A stretch of DNA of 64,000 nt. Origin: Porphyridium purpureum. Lineage: Eukaryota. How positions within the stretch are numbered: the first letter of the stretch is position 1; each line of letters begins with the position of its first letter. The position numbers and the translations under genes were made by a program. The stretch is taken from positions 992,001-1,056,000 of the forward strand of contig VRMN01000004.1 in NCBI GenBank assembly GCA_008690995.1. Reading direction: 5' to 3'. Below the pieces are notes generated by a model, which was given only the letters and a program-made list of their open reading frames with translations, searched no databases and had not been told where the DNA came from. This document shows, piece after piece, positions 29,781 to 39,901 of the stretch.

Positions 29781-31253
29781 ATGGTTTGCGGTGTTGCGGC
29801 CTCGAGTGATTTGTGTTTCGCGTGGAATGCGGCAGTTGTGCGACTACTACAACTAGGTGGTAGACGCTCTCACCATTGCGATAGCAGACGTTCGCCTGAG
29901 TCTAACGCAAGATCCTGCCGGGGACGATGGCGGCGACAAGGTCGTGCTCTGTGCATGACAGAGGCGAGCACAGAATCTCATCAGAGCGTGGCGGCACTCG
30001 ATACTAGCAGTATACATCGAGACGCGGAGGAGAGGCTTGTGCATAGGATAGAAGAGCTAGTTCGCAAGGAACAAGAGCACAGCTTTTACATTGTTGACTT
30101 GCAGGATGTGCGAAATCGAGCTGCATTCTTCAAATCGTTGTTCCCCCAGATAACGCCCTTCTACGCACTCAAGTGCAATTCAGACTTGCACGTGCTACGT
30201 GCGCTCGCCGAACTCGGCTATGTCGGGTTTGAAGTCAGCTCTGCAGACGAATTGGAACTAGCGCGAGATGTTATGCTCAGCTCGCCCATGCGTTCGACGG
30301 AACTCCGTGACATAGTATTTTCCAACCCGTACAAGAGCTCGCGTGCACTCGAGCTCGTGGAAAGCGGCTGCGCAGTGCGCGCCTTGGTTGTCGACAGTGC
30401 GGATGAATTACGTCGCGTTTCTGGTACCATTCGACGATGCAGGACGGAAGGCGCAAGACCAGAAGTTCATCTGCGCATCGCCTCGGATGAAACGTGTGTG
30501 GAGTTCCCCATGAACTCAAAGTTTGGCGCGCGGCCTGACGAAGTATTACCTCTGCTGCAGCTGGCAAGTGAGCTTGGCACAGCAATCACGGGTGTTTCGT
30601 TCCACGTCGGGTCTGGAGCGAGCGGCTCGGCTGCATTCACGCGTTCTATTCATCGGGCGACAAAGGTATGCGAGCTGGCCAGGCAGCACGGTCTGACCCT
30701 CATTCGGACGCTAAATCTTGGTGGTGGGTTTCCATGCATCGAAACGTCATTACTGCACGCCTTCGCTCGCGACATCCACGATTCATTGCCGAATCAGTTG
30801 GGCGTGGGAGTCATTGCCGAGCCTGGTCGCTTCATCGTGGAGTCGAGTCATACGCTGGTAGTCCAGGTGATTGGTCGTCGCAGAGCAAAGTCGGTGCAGA
30901 GCGCTCATGGGGACGGCGTGATGGATGATCACTGGCAGTACTACATGGGCGATGGCATGTATGGGTCGTTTATGGATGTGGCCCTTCAAAAAGTGGTGTT
31001 TGCGCCTTGCGCCGTGGTGAAAGGCGGCACGGTTTTGCACATGCGTTCGTTTATTGCTAGAGGTGGGTCTTTCGCGCTGTACAAATCGACACTGTGGGGA
31101 CCTACGTGCGATTCAATCGATTGCATTGGCACCTTTGAACTTCCTGCACTAAGTGTTGGCGATTGGCTTGTTTTTGAGCGAATGGGTGCGTACACAAGGA
31201 GCCTAACGACGAGTTTCAATTCTATTCGCAAGCCGACGGTGTATTATCAGTAA
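29781..31253 (+). CDS. Ornithine-decarboxylase-like PLP-dependent basic amino acid decarboxylase (fold type III)
   Basis: PFYALKCN (PLP Lys), SKFGA, SFHVGSG, LNLGGGF, AEPGRF, DGMYGSF, WGPTCDSID, MGAYT. Start uncertain (29691/29781/29955). Confidence 0.88.
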   Translation: MVCGVAASSDLCFAWNAAVVRLLQLGGRRSHHCDSRRSPESNARSCRGRWRRQGRALCMTEASTESHQSVAALDTSSIHRDAEERLVHRIEELVRKEQEHSFYIVDLQDVRNRAAFFKSLFPQITPFYALKCNSDLHVLRALAELGYVGFEVSSADELELARDVMLSSPMRSTELRDIVFSNPYKSSRALELVESGCAVRALVVDSADELRRVSGTIRRCRTEGARPEVHLRIASDETCVEFPMNSKFGARPDEVLPLLQLASELGTAITGVSFHVGSGASGSAAFTRSIHRATKVCELARQHGLTLIRTLNLGGGFPCIETSLLHAFARDIHDSLPNQLGVGVIAEPGRFIVESSHTLVVQVIGRRRAKSVQSAHGDGVMDDHWQYYMGDGMYGSFMDVALQKVVFAPCAVVKGGTVLHMRSFIARGGSFALYKSTLWGPTCDSIDCIGTFELPALSVGDWLVFERMGAYTRSLTTSFNSIRKPTVYYQ

Positions 31254-31282
31254 GTCGCACGATGAAACAAAGGCCAAGTTAG

Positions 31283-32224
31283 TCACGAACTTTTGAGTAC
31301 TTCGAACAGTCGTCGCGCATAAAGGCCACGCCAAAGCACGTAAAGTTGCCAACATGCCGTCGCTGCCGCGCCGACAATCGTCACGACGTACGCGGCGAGG
31401 GCCTGGCCCGCAACACGTCTGCGATGAAGATCGGTGGTCTCCAGTACGAGTCGTCGTTTCTCATTTTCGCTTTGCACTTTTTCTATTTCGTCCATCATAT
31501 CTGCCAAGTACTCATATGCGACCGCTAGGCTTTCACGGCTCGGCAGATTCACACCCGCCTCTTTGGAGTCTGGAAAATCGTCATACAATACTTGCAATGC
31601 GTCGCCACTCGCTGCAGTCGTGGCATGTATTTTCTCTGCGGCCAGCTCCTCTGCACTCACAACGCGCATTCGTACAGAAGCGCGGATTGAAGATCCACCT
31701 GCCGCAAAGCAGATTTGGTATGTGGCTGTCTGGTGTGACTCAAACTGTAGCAGCTGCGGAGTCCGTGAAAGCACCGCATCTACTAACGCAAGAGCAGATG
31801 GGGTCGACGCTGATGATGGAAGTGGTGACCGTGCTCTGGAACCTGGACCAGAGCCTTTACCGACAGGATCTTCACTTTCTCCGCTGGTACTCGCGTTATC
31901 TTCTTCTACCGCAGGTTCGGATCCAGAAACAGGACCGGATCCGGACTGAGCTGTTTGACTGAGGCCAGAGCGTGCTGATTCAAGGCCGCCACCTTCCCCA
32001 ACGGAGGCATTGACGTTGTCCGCTACCACATACACGCGATTCAAAACCTCATCTACGCCTCGAACGAGCGCGTGCTGCACGCGCAGCACACTGCCTTTCG
32101 GGACTCGCTCCATGACGCACTGCACCGATACGCGGCGCACTTCGAGCTCGAAAGCCTGCGTGCCGAGACTCCATACCACGAGCACAAGCATCACACAACC
32201 CGCCACGCGGCTTGCGCGTCGCAT
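31283..32224 (-). CDS. p24/emp24/gp25L family cargo receptor (GOLD domain)
   Basis: Signal peptide ending TQA/FELEV; GOLD cysteines (QCVME ... YQICF); coiled coil; C-terminal TM with WQLYVL..LY; Lys at -3. Confidence 0.75.
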   Translation of the reverse strand: MRRASRVAGCVMLVLVVWSLGTQAFELEVRRVSVQCVMERVPKGSVLRVQHALVRGVDEVLNRVYVVADNVNASVGEGGGLESARSGLSQTAQSGSGPVSGSEPAVEEDNASTSGESEDPVGKGSGPGSRARSPLPSSASTPSALALVDAVLSRTPQLLQFESHQTATYQICFAAGGSSIRASVRMRVVSAEELAAEKIHATTAASGDALQVLYDDFPDSKEAGVNLPSRESLAVAYEYLADMMDEIEKVQSENEKRRLVLETTDLHRRRVAGQALAAYVVTIVGAAATACWQLYVLWRGLYARRLFEVLKSS

Positions 32225-32334
32225 CGTTACGCAAGTGCGCCCGCTTGCAACGCATGGCAGGGCAGAACAATTTGAGAGCCGAGCTGCGGCGAGGCCGTCC
32301 ATTGGTGCACCGTGGGACGCGCGAGGAAGAAAAG

Positions 32335-34989
32335 ATGGAGGGTGGATTGTCGCCATGGTCCGCAGACAGCACATTACCGACCCAGCAGGTGGGTCCGGCG
32401 GTGGAAATTTCGGAAATTCGGCCTCAGGCGTATTGGGACAAGGACGAGAGCGCGCTTTTGAATGTGACGGAATGGACCGACTTTGCCGAGTCCGCGTCTG
32501 CAGTCAGCACGGCTGAGACACTCACTATTCCAAAAGTGATTCATCAGATTTGGATAGGGCCGAAAGCCGCTCCGTGTGTCTGGTTGGATCGGTGGAGGCT
32601 CGGGTACGTGCGACATCGCCAACACGAATGGAGCTACATTCTTTGGGACGACGAACGAGTTGCGGCCGAATTTTGTTCGGATCCAGCCAGACGAATGATT
32701 AATGCGGACTTGTACGAGAGGGAGACAGCTTGGCAGTGTAAAGCAGACATCTTGCGCCTCGAAATTCTCTATCGATATGGTGGCGTCTACGTGGATGCCG
32801 ACATCGTGCCGCTGGCGCGGACCCGATTAGACTCGTTCTGCAGCGCCACAAGTGGGCTTGTACTTGCCTTTGAGCCCGGATCCGGCGGAAAGCATTTTGA
32901 TGTCATCGCGAACAGTGTGATTTTTGCACGCAAGAGCCATCCTTTGGTGCTCCTGTTGATTCGATATCTCCTTGCGACGTACGAGCAAAAGCGTGTGCTC
33001 GCACGGCTTCCGGCAGAATGGTGTACGGGTCCACTCATGTTTTCCAAGGCGCTGCAACTGCCCGGTGATGGTATTTTTCTGACAAAGGGTCTCTTGACGG
33101 TCCATCCTGCAGAGGCATGGTACCCGTTGTTTCACTATATTCCCGATCCTTCGAGCGTAGACACGAGCGGTGCCCAGTTCGAGGCAGCGCAGTTCTTACA
33201 GTTCGGATACACTTGTTCTAACTTGGAGCAGTGGATTGCCACAAACAATATTTGCAAGATCGCCGAGCAGTGTCCGTATCACTGCAAAATTTCGGATTGG
33301 CCTTTCGGAAAAAAGGCATCGATTCAAAATATCCGGGATCGGTATGTACGTCCTCGTCCAAGCGAACCGTCAGAAACAGGAGCGGTACTTAACGCCACCG
33401 TGCTGGATTGTGGTAACAGGATTATCCACCACTTTGTGTTTGCAGACGACGCCCCAGAACGGTGGATTACTTCGTGGATCGGCCCAAACTTCACGAAATG
33501 CTTTGGAACGTCCGCTTGGGATGTACGCAGATGGACGCTACGCGAGCTCGAGATCGAAGGATTGTCATCACCATTCCTGGGCTCCAACTTGTACCGCACG
33601 GCGAACGCAGACGGCGTTGGGGTAGTGATGGGCGATTTTGAGCTCACATTGCTTGCCCTTGAGATTTTACTTCGTTATGGAGGGCTCTTTGTACCTGTGA
33701 CTGCGATTCTCGGCAAAACGGTGGTCCGCCAACCAAGCGCTGATTTATTTGGGTTTGTTCCCCCTCGCTTCGCAGGCGATCTCATTTACAGCGACGCGGG
33801 CTCTGCAGAATGTTTTGAATTCTTGTGCCAGTGCTACCATGCCGCGGAGATATTGTACGACGACGGCAGGGACGAAGCGTCCGAGGCACGGTGGCCGGCC
33901 GCGGTTTCGTTTGCCAGTCGCACGCTGAAGAATACTTATACGTCCTTCTGTTTGGATGGCGAAAGGCGAATGTTCATGGGCATTGAGCGAGTTTGCTTTG
34001 TTCCGCAAAATCTCTCCATGCACTTGCACGAAACGGAGGAAAGATCCTTGCTGAAGTGGAGCTATTTTACAAAGCTTGATGTGTCTGCTGCTAGTACTTT
34101 TGGGCGTGCAGTGGCTGAGATATATTCGCTTACGGCTTCCGATCGTCGCACGCTGCTTTTGCTCGACCGTTCTCTGTTGCGTAACGAGTTTCAGTGGGAT
34201 TTCATTCCCGAATGCACGTCACGCATGGATAGGTTCGTTCTCAAATTCGAAGCGGAAGTTCAAAGCACGTGGCACGTACTTTTCTTGCGCCTGGGATGGT
34301 GCAATGCAGACTATTCGAAAACAGACAAAGAAAAACCACTGCCGTGCGAAATCGTTGAGTTCGACCAGTCCTGTTTGGATAGCTTGCGAAGAAGAAGACA
34401 AGCAGCAGATATTGTGGAAGACAGAAAAGGTCAGACGGCGCTCGTAACAGGTACTGAGGAAGTTGTGCTGCTTGGTATCATCTTCAATTTTGGAGCTGCC
34501 GCAAAACTCCGTGATCAGCCAGGCCATGAGAAAGCAGAAACACAACAAATCCTGTTTCATCAGCTTGAGGCATACGCACAGTCTTACCCGGGTACAACCT
34601 TTATGGCAACGTATACTTTCCCGTACGCGAGAGACGCAGAGCCCTTTTTCGACAGTCTCCACAGCGTTACGCGTGCATTTAGCGCGGCTGCTTCTGGCTA
34701 CAAGCCCCACATTCATTTCGATACATTCGAGAGACGCGGAAACGTTTTCGCTGCGTACGATATACTTCGCGTGGAGGAGAATGGACATGTTGAGCGCCAG
34801 TTGACCGTAGAGGTTTGCTTCCATGGCCAGAGCGCTCTCACCTTCAAATCGTTTCTCGGCGGAAGTGTGAGCTGCGAGATGAGTCTCCAGCTTGCAGGGA
34901 ACAGCGGACGTCCTAAGCTTATTCAATGGGCGCGAGTCTTTGAGAACCACCAGTGTGTCGTTGATCTCTCCAATGTGCCTGTAAGCTAA
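32335..34989 (+). CDS. GT32-type (DxD sugar-binding) glycosyltransferase with a second degenerate GT32-like domain
   Basis: IPKVIHQIWIG, WSYILWD, KADILRLEILYRYGGVYVDAD, ANSVIFA..SHP, TGP; second copy RIIHHFVF...VRRWT...LALEILLRYGGLFVP. Confidence 0.85.
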   Translation: MEGGLSPWSADSTLPTQQVGPAVEISEIRPQAYWDKDESALLNVTEWTDFAESASAVSTAETLTIPKVIHQIWIGPKAAPCVWLDRWRLGYVRHRQHEWSYILWDDERVAAEFCSDPARRMINADLYERETAWQCKADILRLEILYRYGGVYVDADIVPLARTRLDSFCSATSGLVLAFEPGSGGKHFDVIANSVIFARKSHPLVLLLIRYLLATYEQKRVLARLPAEWCTGPLMFSKALQLPGDGIFLTKGLLTVHPAEAWYPLFHYIPDPSSVDTSGAQFEAAQFLQFGYTCSNLEQWIATNNICKIAEQCPYHCKISDWPFGKKASIQNIRDRYVRPRPSEPSETGAVLNATVLDCGNRIIHHFVFADDAPERWITSWIGPNFTKCFGTSAWDVRRWTLRELEIEGLSSPFLGSNLYRTANADGVGVVMGDFELTLLALEILLRYGGLFVPVTAILGKTVVRQPSADLFGFVPPRFAGDLIYSDAGSAECFEFLCQCYHAAEILYDDGRDEASEARWPAAVSFASRTLKNTYTSFCLDGERRMFMGIERVCFVPQNLSMHLHETEERSLLKWSYFTKLDVSAASTFGRAVAEIYSLTASDRRTLLLLDRSLLRNEFQWDFIPECTSRMDRFVLKFEAEVQSTWHVLFLRLGWCNADYSKTDKEKPLPCEIVEFDQSCLDSLRRRRQAADIVEDRKGQTALVTGTEEVVLLGIIFNFGAAAKLRDQPGHEKAETQQILFHQLEAYAQSYPGTTFMATYTFPYARDAEPFFDSLHSVTRAFSAAASGYKPHIHFDTFERRGNVFAAYDILRVEENGHVERQLTVEVCFHGQSALTFKSFLGGSVSCEMSLQLAGNSGRPKLIQWARVFENHQCVVDLSNVPVS

Positions 34990-35043
34990 GAATCGGCAAC
35001 GTCTCCCTCCATTTCTCGGACAGAATGGTACAGTGCGAGACTT

Positions 35044-36756
35044 TTACTCACTCGATGAGTCGGACTCGCTCGACGATGAAGTCGACGAACCGTCGCTTCC
35101 GAGCCACGTATGCGATTGCGACTCTTGCAGACAAAGCCATTCGTCAAGTTTTGATACATCGATGGTCAATAGGTCGGAAAGCACAACCTGACGTTCACCG
35201 ACTTCTTGGTATCCTCCATAAATGTACAAGTTTCTGCCCTTGATTGCGACTCCCGCATTCGCACGGGGACACGGCCACAAGCCTGTATCTTTCCCTTGTC
35301 CTTCCTCTTGCCCTTGCATTACGTCTGCGAGCTCATCTTCTCGGCCAGGATTTTCTGGGTGTGCTCCAGTAGTCGACGCATCTGCGACTTCACTCGCGGG
35401 CTCTATGATGATAGAGGCACCAGAGGCGGACGCAGGTGTCATTGTTGAACCGGAAGCAGCAGCACCGCTGCTCGCCTTCGCGCGCCGCCTCCTGCGTGTC
35501 TTTCGCTCCTCCGCATCTTGCGCGCGTCTTTCCTGCTTTCCTTGTTCTTTGCTCCTGGCCATCTTTCCGTGGCCAACAGACGGCTCAAACCAGCGCAACC
35601 TGTCATCACCTGTCACGCTGAGCCCAACAAGCTGGCAAGAAAAAACGTCTTGAATACTCGTCTCATCTAGTTCAATTTCCTGGACACCACCGAACCCGAA
35701 AGCGTCGCCGTGTACTGTTTGTGCCATGCGCAGGCCCTGCAGCGTAAGTGGTGATTGTCCTGTTGGCCGCAGGGACTCGTAGCGCACCGTGTACGTGTCG
35801 CCTGCAGACGCTGCAGTCAACGACATCTTGTACATATCTTGATAGCAGACGCTCTTGTCGTTCTCCCCCTTTTGACGAACGCGCGCATATCCTCCTCCTA
35901 GAATAACAACTGATTCCGCCTCTGCGGTAGAGCGACCAGTGCTGGGGACGTGGGGCAGGAAAAGGCATGCCGAACGCACGGGAATACTGTAGAATCCCGT
36001 CTGGATATCCACGCGTATCCACAAGCGCAAGTCCATATCAAAAAGAAAACAATCCGCGAAGTAGCGGGGTGAGCTCTTGCCATTATCAAAGTACCCACCG
36101 AAGATGACGACCTTTTTCCCGCCCTCCACAAATGCCATCCGGTGGCCAGAACGAGCGCTGGGAGCAGCGCTCTGCTTGGTTGAACTTGCTGATGGTGCAG
36201 CATCACCATACACACATTCCCATTTATAGGTAGAAAGGTCGAGCACCCACAGGTCCGAGTAGTGTCTGAACACTGAACCAGAGCGGGAAGCAAACTCTCC
36301 GCCGAACACAACCAGCTGGCCACCCTGCGCAGAGCGTGTGACGCCAGCGTGTCCGCACCTTGGTGACGGCTGTAGAGGTGACTGCACCTCTTTCCAACTG
36401 TTCTTCTTGATGTTGAACACGCTCAAATCGTCAAACACATGCTGCATATCGCCGTCATACCGCTCGCCGCCGTGCAGAATGAGCGCATCGTCCGTGGGAT
36501 GCGCCACGAAGACACCGTTGTACCTCAGAGCAGGCTGCGCGGCTCCGTCAAGCGCAGTTATCGTGACCTTTTCCAGCTTTCGTCGACTCGATTCGAGCTC
36601 TTTAAGCAGAGCGTCAATATCGTCATCATCATGCGCGGCGCCCGAACTGCGGCACCGCCGCGACTCCTTGAGCTGCTCATTGCGCTCCTTCTTTGCCTTC
36701 TTGCTCTTCCGGACTTCTCGCCGCTTCCGCCGCTCCGACGCATTCTCGCGCACCAT
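35044..36756 (-). CDS. KLHDC4: Kelch domain-containing protein 4 (yeast Kel3-like)
   Basis: Basic N-terminus, DDIDALLKEL, LILHGGERYDG, PSPRCGH, VFGGEFAS..FRHYSDLW, PSARSGHRM, IYGGYQEVGERQVVLSDL, acidic/Ser tail. Confidence 0.85.
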   Translation of the reverse strand: MVRENASERRKRREVRKSKKAKKERNEQLKESRRCRSSGAAHDDDDIDALLKELESSRRKLEKVTITALDGAAQPALRYNGVFVAHPTDDALILHGGERYDGDMQHVFDDLSVFNIKKNSWKEVQSPLQPSPRCGHAGVTRSAQGGQLVVFGGEFASRSGSVFRHYSDLWVLDLSTYKWECVYGDAAPSASSTKQSAAPSARSGHRMAFVEGGKKVVIFGGYFDNGKSSPRYFADCFLFDMDLRLWIRVDIQTGFYSIPVRSACLFLPHVPSTGRSTAEAESVVILGGGYARVRQKGENDKSVCYQDMYKMSLTAASAGDTYTVRYESLRPTGQSPLTLQGLRMAQTVHGDAFGFGGVQEIELDETSIQDVFSCQLVGLSVTGDDRLRWFEPSVGHGKMARSKEQGKQERRAQDAEERKTRRRRRAKASSGAAASGSTMTPASASGASIIIEPASEVADASTTGAHPENPGREDELADVMQGQEEGQGKDTGLWPCPRANAGVAIKGRNLYIYGGYQEVGERQVVLSDLLTIDVSKLDEWLCLQESQSHTWLGSDGSSTSSSSESDSSSE

Positions 36757-37095
36757 GCTGAGTGGTCAATCGATATCACTGAGTGAAGACTGACGTGCCG
36801 CCGCCGACGCCACGTCCTGGTCGCACCTGCGGAACCCAGGGACTCGCCCAGTCCCGAACAGTCGAGCAAGTGCGACGCCGCGATGGCTCCTTGCAACAGC
36901 AAGCTTTGGTCAGCGACGCGCATGCGCGAATTATATCAGTCGTCGCAGGATCCCGCTTTGCCGTGCCTTACTTCCTTGCACCCAGTTGGAGAGTTCGCCG
37001 ACATCATCGCGAAGCGGCATCGTCTTTTCTGGCGCACAGGCAGACGGACAGGCAGAGAAGTCGACGTGCGCGGAACGCGCGGGCAACTTGACAGC

Positions 37096-38247
37096 ATGGC
37101 ATCTTTTATTGGGGTTTCCGGAACGAAGGCGCACGCGGCTGGAGCATCTGCTTGTGCTTTGCGTTCTCATCATGCGAAGCGGTCGTCGTGTGGTGTGACC
37201 GTCCGTCAGACCTGTGCGCAAACCAGAGGGAGAGCAGCGGCTGAGCTTCTGGTTCTGGGCATGAAGATGGGGCTCGAGGACGGTGGCAAGATGGCGGCCA
37301 GAAATGCGACAGTTGGGGAGCGGGACGAAGTGCTGTTGGATGGAAGGAGAAGAGACGATGTGCTCAACGCTATCGATTGGACAGACAGGGAGAACGTGGT
37401 GAGTAAGCTTGAGGAAATGAAAGAGCAAGGACTACTGAAAAAGTACGGAAGCGCACAGACACTTGCACGCCCTATTAGTTTTCAGGAAATGCAGTTGCTG
37501 ACGCGACGCAAAGTGACACCCAAGACGCTCGATTTTAAAGGTGAAGGTGACAAGTCGGCCATCACGGTGTCGTTCTTTGCGGTATTAGCGCTGTCCATTA
37601 GCTCGGCGCTCGCCATCGAACAGTATCTTCCGGGTCCAGACGTCGTACGCTACGCTGCCGCCTTCTCCGTGGGCGGGCTGCCGTATGTGTTTCTTCTCTT
37701 TGGCATCTCGGTACCGGACCTGCTCCAGTTTGCACTCATTCTCGCGCGGCGCACTTTCAGTAAGGAGTTTCGCACGCGCCTGGCTGCTCACGAGGCTGGC
37801 CACTTTCTTGTGGGCTACTTGCTAGGCGTGCCGGTTCGCGAATACAAGGCTGATGCCGTGATGAACGCCGTTCAGTTCTACTTTGATTTTGAGGAAGCGC
37901 AGCAAGATTCCAAGCCTCTGCGCTTCACGCACGAGCAAGTCGATGAGCTGGCGATCATTTCACTGGCTGGGGTCGTGAGCGAGATCCTCCTCTTCAAGCA
38001 AGCGAGCGGCGGATACGCTGATTTCATGCAGCTCCAGCGCGTTGCCAACCGCTCAGTGCCTCCGCTCGAGCCGCGCGCTGTCCAGGCCAAGGTGCGGTGG
38101 GGCTGCGTGCGCGCCTACACCCTGCTGCAACAAAACGCTGCTGCGCTTGAGCAGCTAACTGCCAAAATGGCGGTCGGGAGGCCGCTGGACGAGTGCATTG
38201 CCGCGATTGAAGACGCGTCTGCAATGCAGGCGAAGGAGACACCGTGA
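37096..38247 (+). CDS. Plastid M41-peptidase-domain membrane protein without AAA domain (VIRESCENT3-like)
   Basis: Transit peptide MASFIGVSG...; two TM helices; RLAAHEAGHFLVGYLLG (HExxH), SLAGVVSE, GGYAD. Confidence 0.8.
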   Translation: MASFIGVSGTKAHAAGASACALRSHHAKRSSCGVTVRQTCAQTRGRAAAELLVLGMKMGLEDGGKMAARNATVGERDEVLLDGRRRDDVLNAIDWTDRENVVSKLEEMKEQGLLKKYGSAQTLARPISFQEMQLLTRRKVTPKTLDFKGEGDKSAITVSFFAVLALSISSALAIEQYLPGPDVVRYAAAFSVGGLPYVFLLFGISVPDLLQFALILARRTFSKEFRTRLAAHEAGHFLVGYLLGVPVREYKADAVMNAVQFYFDFEEAQQDSKPLRFTHEQVDELAIISLAGVVSEILLFKQASGGYADFMQLQRVANRSVPPLEPRAVQAKVRWGCVRAYTLLQQNAAALEQLTAKMAVGRPLDECIAAIEDASAMQAKETP

Positions 38248-38386
38248 CGGGGCAAGGCACGGCTGCTTTGATGTAGGAAAGGCTTTGCTGGCTCAATCTG
38301 AATTTTCTGGTGCGCAGCCTTGAGATAAACGCTCGTCCAATACTTCGCAAAGCCGCCTCAAAGCTGGATTGGCGTGCATAAAGCTG

Positions 38387-39817
38387 TCACGACGCCATGA
38401 CCCCTTTGAGATTTATCTTGGCCCCCTTCTTGTCATGTTTGTAGACCACGCGCTGCATGAAAGACAACAGCACAGTGTCAAACGCGCGAAAGACCACAAA
38501 GACGCCACCAACAATGGCAATCATATTGGTCATGAACTCGTACCAGTGACGGACCGAATTACGCGTCTCCAGCACCGCGTTAGCCGTGAAGTCGATGGAC
38601 ACGCGCACCTCGGGCAGTCCTGGGTCACTATCATATCGCTGCGTGGAGATCGTTCGCTGGATTGAGTGGCGGTCTACAAAGCCAGAGAGGAAGCCATGCC
38701 ACCGCGTCACGAAAGGGATCAGTTTGAGGTGGTGCTCGTGCGTGATCATAGTACTTGAAGCGACAGACACGATGCCTTCTTCACCCTCCGTGATACGATG
38801 GCGAATCCCCTCCTCGGCGTCGACCAGCCCGTCAAACACGAGTGCGCGCGTGAGAACGTGCGTCATATTCACAGTAGACACATCCATGACGTGTGAAAGC
38901 GAGTCTGCGTAGATCCGCAGCGTACAGGGAAACCGTGGAATGTAATAAAAGCCCGAGATCGCACACCCATCACTGTCGTCGTCGATTTTACGAGCGTCGG
39001 CTCGCTCGGAAATGTTGGTCTCGCGGTGCACAAACTCTATCACATGCTCCATATCCCGTCTTCCGTTGTAGACGGAAAGCGTCTTTCCGTGTCTGAACAG
39101 TCGCATGTGAGGAACTCCCACCAGCTGCGGCTGTTGTGTCTTGCACAGGACGGGCTGGTCATTGCAGTTCACCTTGAAAACACCAACGTCCAGTCTGGAA
39201 GTTTCGAAAAACATTGCGAGCGCTTCGTAAGTATTGGCAAATCTGCGGCACCAAACGCACGTGGGAGAAAAGAACTCGACGAGCACAAATTCGTGCCTGT
39301 TGAGAACATCTGCCCAAGCCGTCTCGTTCGCAATTTCCTGTGCGTAAACCACCTTGTTCGGCGCGGCGTTGCGTCCGGCCATGAGACGGTATTTGGACAG
39401 GTACTTGACAGTCAAAGGATCAACATCAAAGAACGCGTCCCCTGCTGCGTTCCCCTCCCACGAGCCCAGAACCTGGCCATTACGCACGACGCTCTTCGAC
39501 CACTTGGAGCGCATCGCGTTTTCTCTCTCAACATGCTCGACCTTATTTCCAAAATAGTCCTCGACGCCGACATTCAGCACAGCACAAGGCACTCGGGGAA
39601 AGAGCATGGAAATCGCCAAGGTCAGTGCGCTCTCACTGTTTGTGTCCAGGATCACGGAATACTTTGACTCGAGCGACAAGAACGCCACCAACTCCATCAC
39701 CAAGACCACGATGACCACCACCAGTGCCGCCAGGCTCAGCACTGCCCCCGTCCGGGAGCCGCGCGTCAGATCCCGCGGCACTTTTGTGAACAAGTCAAAC
39801 CGCTTCAAGTACTCCAT
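38387..39817 (-). CDS. PDI-C type ERGIC protein (Erv41/Erv46-like with inserted thioredoxin domain)
   Basis: LKRFDLFTKVPRDLT.GSRTGA + TM (ERGIC_N); thioredoxin VEFFSPTCVWC; GCAISG; C-terminal YEFMTNMIAIVGGVFVV TM. Confidence 0.88.
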   Translation of the reverse strand: MEYLKRFDLFTKVPRDLTRGSRTGAVLSLAALVVVIVVLVMELVAFLSLESKYSVILDTNSESALTLAISMLFPRVPCAVLNVGVEDYFGNKVEHVERENAMRSKWSKSVVRNGQVLGSWEGNAAGDAFFDVDPLTVKYLSKYRLMAGRNAAPNKVVYAQEIANETAWADVLNRHEFVLVEFFSPTCVWCRRFANTYEALAMFFETSRLDVGVFKVNCNDQPVLCKTQQPQLVGVPHMRLFRHGKTLSVYNGRRDMEHVIEFVHRETNISERADARKIDDDSDGCAISGFYYIPRFPCTLRIYADSLSHVMDVSTVNMTHVLTRALVFDGLVDAEEGIRHRITEGEEGIVSVASSTMITHEHHLKLIPFVTRWHGFLSGFVDRHSIQRTISTQRYDSDPGLPEVRVSIDFTANAVLETRNSVRHWYEFMTNMIAIVGGVFVVFRAFDTVLLSFMQRVVYKHDKKGAKINLKGVMAS

Positions 39818-39901
39818 CACGTGTTTCTGACTCGAGCTCCCCTCCTCCCTGCCCCAGCGCCTGCTCTCCTCTTCACCGCGTGCGCAACTGCTATGCGTCA
39901 C

